From Sedimentisphaerales bacterium (GTDB taxonomy: Bacteria > Planctomycetota > Phycisphaerae > Sedimentisphaerales > Anaerobacaceae), in contig OY970194.1 of assembly GCA_963708075.1 (NCBI GenBank), forward strand, positions 1,856,001 through 1,920,000: 64,000 nucleotides of DNA. Reading direction: 5' to 3'. Positions 58,612-64,000 of the stretch are shown here, piece after piece (positions within the stretch are counted from its first letter, which is position 1; each line of letters begins with the position of its first letter). Below the pieces are notes generated by a model. It searched no databases and had not been told where the DNA came from. It saw only the letters and a list, made by a program, of their open reading frames with translations. The position numbers were made by a program, and so were the translations under genes.

Positions 58612-60079
58612 TCTGCTCGCTCCTGCTCCCCGTCTGCACCTTCGACCCATCCGCCGCCACGCCGCTTGCGATCGTGCCCATCGCCCGCTGCAGAGCGAGC
58701 TTGGCAGCGATGTGGGACCAGATCGCTTGATAATAATTCACGCTCGCAGTGGTCAACGCCGCCTGCGCGTCGATCATCTCCACTTGCGTGTTGATCCCCT
58801 GCTGGTAACCCACCTCGGCCAGACGCAGCCCCTCCTTCGCCCGCGTCAGGTTCAACTGCTGCGACTGCACGAACTCCACCGCGTTCTCCATACTCAGCAG
58901 CGCTTGGGTCAGCTCGTACAGTGCCGTCTCCTCCGTGTCCACCAGGTCGATCTGCGCCTGTCGCAGCCGGGCCTTCTCCTGGATGATCTGGCCCTCGCGC
59001 TGAAAGCCATTGAAGATCGGCCACGCCCCCTGCACGCCCGCCTGCCAGGCTTCGCCCCACGTGGTGTTGGTCTCCACGGAGTGCGGGTCCGGCCTGGCCC
59101 ACGTGTTGCCGAAGAATCCGCTGATATTCGGCAGATAGCGGCTGCGCGCAATCTGGAGTTGCTCTCGTTGCTGGCGAATCTGGTATTCCTGCCTGTACAA
59201 ATCCGGGCGATTCGTAAACGCCTCCCCCACCGCCTGTTCCATCGATACCTCGATGGGGGCGTACACAAGCGCGTCGGAGAGGACGAAATCGCTGTCCTGC
59301 GAAACGCCCATGATCTTGATAAGATTGGCCCGGGCAAGATCGATGGCGTTTTTACTGCGAATGAGATCGGCCTCGAAATTGGACAGCTCCACCTGTGCCC
59401 GCAGGACATCGAAGTCGGACGCCACGCCGCCGGCCCGCCGCTTCTCGACCTGGTCCAGATGGACTTTCGCCGAGCGAACGGCGTCCGTGCTGACATCCAC
59501 CAAGTGCTGGTTGAGCACGAGGTCATAGTACGCCGTCTCAGCGGCGTAGACCACATCCTGCACGGCGGCCCGAACGACCTCGTCGGTGAGCAGGGAAAGA
59601 AGCCGGGCGGCACGCACCTGCGCCGAAATCGCCCCGCCCGCGTAGATCGGCTGGGTGACATTTAAGACCGCCGAGTAATTGTCCAGTGTGCCGAATTGAA
59701 TAGCAGGCATGCCTGCAACAGCGAGGGAGCTGACCTCATCCTTACGCAGGTATTGGCCGGACACGCTGACGTTCGGCAGGTAGGCCGAGCTCGCGATCAG
59801 ACGGGCCCCGCGTGCGATCTCCTTTTCCTCCATCGTCCGCTGGAGCATCTTATTGTGGACCAGCGTGAGCTTGAGGCAGTCCTCCACGCTCAGCTTGCCG
59901 CTGATGCGCGGCTGGGCGATGTCCTCCCGGGCCTTGCGAGTCTCCCACTGCCGGTACGCCGCCTCCCGCGAGAGGCCCACGTCCCTGCGAAATTCCTCCT
60001 GGCTCGTACATCCGCCGAGGAACACCGATCCGGCCGTGACGAACACGGCACGACAGAACACAGCTCGCAGCGTCTTCAT
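58598..60079 (-). CDS. TolC family outer-membrane efflux protein (probable lipoprotein)
   Basis: GGAGG before MKTL; LGGC lipobox-like; QPIYAGG, AYYDL, GVASDFDVLRAQVEL, YQQGINTQVEMIDAQ. Confidence 0.9.
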   Translation of the reverse strand: MKTLRAVFCRAVFVTAGSVFLGGCTSQEEFRRDVGLSREAAYRQWETRKAREDIAQPRISGKLSVEDCLKLTLVHNKMLQRTMEEKEIARGARLIASSAYLPNVSVSGQYLRKDEVSSLAVAGMPAIQFGTLDNYSAVLNVTQPIYAGGAISAQVRAARLLSLLTDEVVRAAVQDVVYAAETAYYDLVLNQHLVDVSTDAVRSAKVHLDQVEKRRAGGVASDFDVLRAQVELSNFEADLIRSKNAIDLARANLIKIMGVSQDSDFVLSDALVYAPIEVSMEQAVGEAFTNRPDLYRQEYQIRQQREQLQIARSRYLPNISGFFGNTWARPDPHSVETNTTWGEAWQAGVQGAWPIFNGFQREGQIIQEKARLRQAQIDLVDTEETALYELTQALLSMENAVEFVQSQQLNLTRAKEGLRLAEVGYQQGINTQVEMIDAQAALTTASVNYYQAIWSHIAAKLALQRAMGTIASGVAADGSKVQTGSRSEQNENG

Positions 60080-60128
60080 ATTCCTCCCTGCTTGTCTCTC
60101 ATGGGCTTTCCGCCGCCCCCGCGAAAGT

Positions 60129-61655
60129 TCATTCCCCTGCTGCCACCTGGCCTTCCTCCGAAGCCTCGCCGCGATTCCAGTCTCCACCAAGCGCCAAGTG
60201 CAGATTGATCCGGGTGACCCAGATCTGCCATTTGAGGAGCACCAACTGCTCCTCTGCTATCCGTAGCTGCCGTTGGGATTCCAGGACGGTGAGAATGTTC
60301 TCGGCGCCCAATTCATATCGTTGCTGCGCCAACTGCTCGCCTGCCTGGGCCTCGCGAACCCGCAGCACGACATGTTCAAGTTCCTCCCGGAGCAACCGCT
60401 CGCTGATCAGGGCGTCCTCGACCTCGCGCATCGCCGTCAGGACGGTGCCGGCATATACCAACGCAAGCTCTTCGAAGCGGGCTTTGGCCGCCCTGACCTG
60501 GGCACGAAGCTGACCGCCCTGGAAAATCGGGGCCGACAAGCTCATGATCGTCGAGTAGACCTCTGATTGAGCGCTGGGCGCCCAGATATCGTTCCAAGTG
60601 GTGCCGCTGAAGCCATAGAGGCCGGTCAGCGCCAGGTCAGGATACAGTTGAGCGATACTGATGCCCACGCGCTCATTGGCAGCCACCAACTGGAACTCAG
60701 CCGTCCTGATGTCGGGCCGCCGATCCAGCAGTGCGGCGGGAACACTCACCGGCACGGCCTCCAGTTCCGGCAGATCGGGCAGGGTCGCAGCCAGTGATGG
60801 CGAGGCACCAGGCGCTTGTGCCAGAAGCACATCGAGCGCATTAGCCGCCGTGGCCAGCGATAGCCGCACGCTCGGCTCCTGTGCCCTGGCCGCTTCCAGA
60901 TTGGTGCGGGCCAGTCGTACGTCCACCGGGCTGATGATACCCTGTTCATACCGACGCTCCGTAATCTCCAGAGTCCGTTCCCAACTCTTGACATTCGCCT
61001 GTGCTATCTCGAACCGCCGTTGCAGCGTGGCGATGTTCACTCGCGCTTGGATGACACTGGCGATCACGGAATTGGTCACTGCCTGTTGTGATGCGCCGGT
61101 CGCCAGCAGAGTCGCCCATGCAGCTCGCTCTGCGTGTCGGAGCTTGCCGAACAAATCCACGAGATACGTCACGGAGATGCTCTGCGACCAGGTCGTGACC
61201 ACCGGGCTGAATTTCAGCCCCGAGAAATCAAAGGGCGAGTTCGGGTCGGGTGGGCCGAAAAGGCTGTCGCTGTCGTCCCCGCCGAAGTTGAAGAACCGCT
61301 TGCTTCGGTCGCCCGTCAGGCCGTAGGAGGCGGTGGGCCAAAGCTGTCCCCTCGCCTGGCCCAACACCGCCTGAGCCTGCAGGACACGAGCCGCCCCGGC
61401 TTTCAAGTCATAGTTCTGCTCCAATGCTCTTTTCACCAGATCGGCGGTGGTCGGATCACCGAAGCGCTCCCACCACTGGTCGGGCTGTCCCACCTCATTG
61501 GCGTCCAGCGTCTTCTGCGGCGCGTTCGCATAGCCATCGACCCGGTTCGCCATTGTCTCCGGCCTCTTGTACTTCGGACCCACCATGCACCCCGCCGTCA
61601 GCCAGAGAAAGACAAGCGCCGTCCACAGTCTCCAATTCCAACCACAATACATCAT
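60129..61655 (-). CDS. NodT/OprM-type outer-membrane efflux lipoprotein
   Basis: TAGCMVGPKYKRP, WWERFGDP, DLFGKLR, LLDRRPDIR.AE, REVEDAL, LHLALGGDW. Confidence 0.93.
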   Translation of the reverse strand: MMYCGWNWRLWTALVFLWLTAGCMVGPKYKRPETMANRVDGYANAPQKTLDANEVGQPDQWWERFGDPTTADLVKRALEQNYDLKAGAARVLQAQAVLGQARGQLWPTASYGLTGDRSKRFFNFGGDDSDSLFGPPDPNSPFDFSGLKFSPVVTTWSQSISVTYLVDLFGKLRHAERAAWATLLATGASQQAVTNSVIASVIQARVNIATLQRRFEIAQANVKSWERTLEITERRYEQGIISPVDVRLARTNLEAARAQEPSVRLSLATAANALDVLLAQAPGASPSLAATLPDLPELEAVPVSVPAALLDRRPDIRTAEFQLVAANERVGISIAQLYPDLALTGLYGFSGTTWNDIWAPSAQSEVYSTIMSLSAPIFQGGQLRAQVRAAKARFEELALVYAGTVLTAMREVEDALISERLLREELEHVVLRVREAQAGEQLAQQRYELGAENILTVLESQRQLRIAEEQLVLLKWQIWVTRINLHLALGGDWNRGEASEEGQVAAGE

Positions 61656-62326
61656 TATTCTCCCGATTCACTCTGGTACGCGCGGATTCCCGCGGCCGAG
61701 AACTTCACAATGTGCTCCACCATTTCCTCCAGGTCCAGCTTCGGCATTGCTGGATGGCTGCCCTCCTCGAACATGCCTTTGGACAGGACGGTCTGCATGA
61801 GCTGGCCTACAACGGACAGGATCACCAGACGCGCACGCCCCTCCTCCAGCCAGGGACAAATCTGTCGCAGTGCCTGTGCGAACGCGCCCATGACCGGCAC
61901 GATCATCTCGTTGAGAAACATGTCGCGAGGAAGATGCGGATCGACCATCTCTCTGGCCATGAGATTCACGAATCGCTCGCTGCGGCCGCCATCGACCAGC
62001 GGCTCGATGAACGAATTCGCGTAGGACCGCAGAAGGTCCTCCAATTGGGGCCGCCCGCCCCTGGACATGACCTCGGCGATGCTGGCAAGCCGGACATCAC
62101 GCAACTCGGCCAGACGACGACGCCAGACCTCTACGTACAGGTTGTCCTTGCCCCCGAAGTAATAGTTCACCGAGGCGATGTTGCAGTCGGCAATGGCGGC
62201 AATATCGCGGACGCTCGTGTCGTTGAATCCACGCTTGCAGAACAACTCCTCCGCCGCCTCTACCAGCCGGTCCTGCACCCCTCTCTCCGCAGGCCCTCCG
62301 TGCGCGTTATGTCCTGGCGTTGTCAT
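61655..62326 (-). CDS. TetR family regulator (YbiH/CerR-like)
   Basis: RLVEAAEELFCKRGFNDTSVRDIAAIADCNIASVNYYFGGKDNLY HTH; first gene of the efflux operon. Confidence 0.93.
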   Translation of the reverse strand: MTTPGHNAHGGPAERGVQDRLVEAAEELFCKRGFNDTSVRDIAAIADCNIASVNYYFGGKDNLYVEVWRRRLAELRDVRLASIAEVMSRGGRPQLEDLLRSYANSFIEPLVDGGRSERFVNLMAREMVDPHLPRDMFLNEMIVPVMGAFAQALRQICPWLEEGRARLVILSVVGQLMQTVLSKGMFEEGSHPAMPKLDLEEMVEHIVKFSAAGIRAYQSESGE

Positions 62327-62337
62327 ACCCTATCTCT

Positions 62338-62387
62338 CCAAACAAACGTTTAATACGCCAGTTTAAAACGCCCGTTTGAAATGTCAA
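62338..62387 (-). promoter_or_regulatory. Promoter with two palindromic putative TetR operators
   Basis: Minus strand TTGACA-16 nt-TAAACT; overlapping AAACG-GG-CGTTT and a second AAACG-TT-TGTTT before the RBS. Confidence 0.65.
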
Positions 62388-62572
62388 GGGATTTGGGGCG
62401 ACTCAACGAACAAATGTACCCGGCCCGCAAAAAAGCATTCTCCCTGGAACCGCTGCCCGTGAATCCGCCTACCGTTCCGAATGACCGGCAGGCGGACACA
62501 TCACCATAACTCCTGTCACCGGCTGAACATACGTGATTTGAGAATTTGCCGCAAATTGTGTTAAAAACCCCG

Positions 62573-62602
62573 TTGACATAACTGCCCTCCAGACGCTATA
62601 TT
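62573..62602 (+). promoter_or_regulatory. Sigma70-like promoter of tRNA-Asp
   Basis: TTGACA-18 nt-TATATT, 18 nt upstream of the tRNA. Confidence 0.65.
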
Positions 62603-62620
62603 ACGGTTTTTGCAGAACTC

Positions 62621-62694
62621 GGGGCCGTAGCTCAATTGGCTAGAGCATCGGACTGTCGATCCGAAGGTTGAGGGTTCGAGCCCCTTCGGCCTCG
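62621..62694 (+). tRNA. tRNA-Asp(GTC), CCA not encoded
   Basis: Acceptor GGGGCCG/CGGCCTC, D-arm GCTC..GAGC, anticodon arm TCGGA-CTGTCGA-TCCGA, T-loop GGTTCGAG. Confidence 0.96.
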
Positions 62695-62794
62695 TTAAGA
62701 AATGCAGTTTTGAGGGTAAGAACGCGGATTATCATTCCGGGTCTTCTCACCAATTCTCATCGTTTCTCACAAATTGCGCCAATATTCTCGACCC

Positions 62795-63193
62795 TCATTT
62801 TCCCTCGGTGCCTGTGGCTCGCAACTTGTTCCTTAGTTTCATCGTTGGCATCTTTGCCACCGCCTCTCTTTTCATGGCCAGCCAGTCGGGGTGGGTGTAG
62901 ATTGCCCCCATCGCCGTCGACTTGTGCCCGAAGATCTGCATAATGATCTGACGGGGGACGCCGCGGCTCTCCAGCCACTCCATCAGCTCCGGCGTCGGCG
63001 GCTGCCCACTCATCCGCCTGGCCTGAAGCGCCTCGACATTGACCGCCCAGATCTCGGCCAGCCGCCTGTCGAGGCACTTCGGCAACGGGATCTTCTGCTC
63101 CCGGCGACCGCGGCGGTCCCTGAAAAAAAGATAGAAGTTCTTTGTGGCATACGAACGACCGCTGCCCCTGGTGTGGTGTTTGCCTACCCTCAT
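62795..63193 (-). pseudogene. Internally deleted tyrosine recombinase/integrase
   Basis: 132 aa: an arm-binding-like N-terminus (KNFYLFFRDRRGRREQKI) joined in frame to the box II tail (GVPRQIIMQIFGHKSTAMGAIYTH); catalytic R and HxxR region absent; adjacent to the tRNA 3' end. Confidence 0.72.
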
Positions 63194-63295
63194 AGCGGTA
63201 CGACTCCTATGAGTAAGGACGGCCCACGGTGCAATGTTCAAGTGAGAGTATTGTGACGTGAACCCGCGGGCCGGTAATCGTCACCGCCGGCACTC

Positions 63296-63514
63296 CTACT
63301 CGAACATCGCGCCTTTAGCCTGCCAGCGGCGCTTCTCCATGTCAAGCCACTTCTGGCGATTGGGACACCGGGCTTCCACCCATCGCTCCACTTCGTCCAC
63401 CCGCCACAGCCTGCGGCCCCCAAGCTTGATGGATTGTGGCCCAAGACGGCCGAGGGCGTCCCACCGATACACCGTGCTTTGCCCGATCCCGAGCCGGTGA
63501 GCCACCTTCGCCAC
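63296..63514 (-). CDS. AlpA-like excisionase/HTH (start uncertain, possibly N-truncated)
   Basis: LIDVAKVAHRLGIGQSTVYRWDALGRLGPQSIKLGGRRLWRVDEVERWVEARCPNR. Confidence 0.8.
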   Translation of the reverse strand: MAKVAHRLGIGQSTVYRWDALGRLGPQSIKLGGRRLWRVDEVERWVEARCPNRQKWLDMEKRRWQAKGAMFE

Positions 63515-63621
63515 ATCAATGAGTCTGGCGAAAAGAAAGGTCGGACAAAGCTTGTCACAACTTAATACGTGATTATAATATGTTATAGTCGCACGTGGTT
63601 TCCAGTTAGGTGGATGTGCAT

Positions 63622-63948
63622 ATGGATGCAAATGCAAAGAGATTCTACGAGTTGAAAGCTGAGATCATCCAAGCGGCCGGCCACCCTATCCGGCTGGCCA
63701 TCATTGAATTCCTGAGCCAGGGTGAGCAGTGTGTCTGCGATATTGTCGAGCATGTCGATGCGCAGCGATCCAATGTGTCCAGACACCTGTCCGTCATGCT
63801 GAAGGCCGGGGTGCTGGAGAGCCGCAAAGATGGCCTGAAGGTGATCTATAGGCTCCGTACCCCATGCATCGTCCAGTTCCTAGCATGCGTCGATCAGGCA
63901 TTGCGGGAAAGGATGCAGCGCGAGGCAGCGCTCTTGAGGAAACTCTAG
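63622..63948 (+). CDS. ArsR/SmtB family regulator
   Basis: AAGHPIRLAIIEFL, EQCVCDI, RSNVSRHLSVMLKAGVLESRKDGLKVIYRL. Confidence 0.93.
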   Translation: MDANAKRFYELKAEIIQAAGHPIRLAIIEFLSQGEQCVCDIVEHVDAQRSNVSRHLSVMLKAGVLESRKDGLKVIYRLRTPCIVQFLACVDQALRERMQREAALLRKL

Positions 63949-64000
63949 CCAAACTCCAATACGACTGAAGGAATTGTCTGTGACCAATATGTGAGTATTA

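Overview
GC-rich bacterial chromosomal segment. Gene content (DUF1559-type prepilin/H-X9-DG protein, TPR plus tandem RNAP alpha-CTD protein, many ECF sigma pairs) suggests Planctomycetota, probably Phycisphaerae; this is inference. Left to right: partial sugar N-acetyltransferase, exported RraA-like protein, XPB helicase plus DUF790 nuclease, rubrerythrin-VIT1 protein, metallophosphoesterase, B12 radical SAM, a PAS/histidine kinase/response regulator cluster, tatAC, a GH106-like glycosidase and a REP-like palindrome cluster. Next come six co-oriented ECF sigma/anti-sigma pairs (27.0-42.4 kb), then alphaCTD-TPR, SpoIID, tgt, yajC, secDF, LysM, pgl, a TetR-led RND efflux operon with two TolC genes, tRNA-Asp, and a decayed integrative element. 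The most notable observation is in the six anti-sigma genes. Each has an in-frame ATG just before its hydrophobic segment, preceded exactly 7 nt upstream by GGAG (5 of 6) or GGAC (1 of 6). This suggests a nested, separately translated exported isoform. Five single-base frameshifts fall in just two sequence contexts and look like systematic, possibly methylation-linked, sequencing errors. All calls are by eye; no database search was run.
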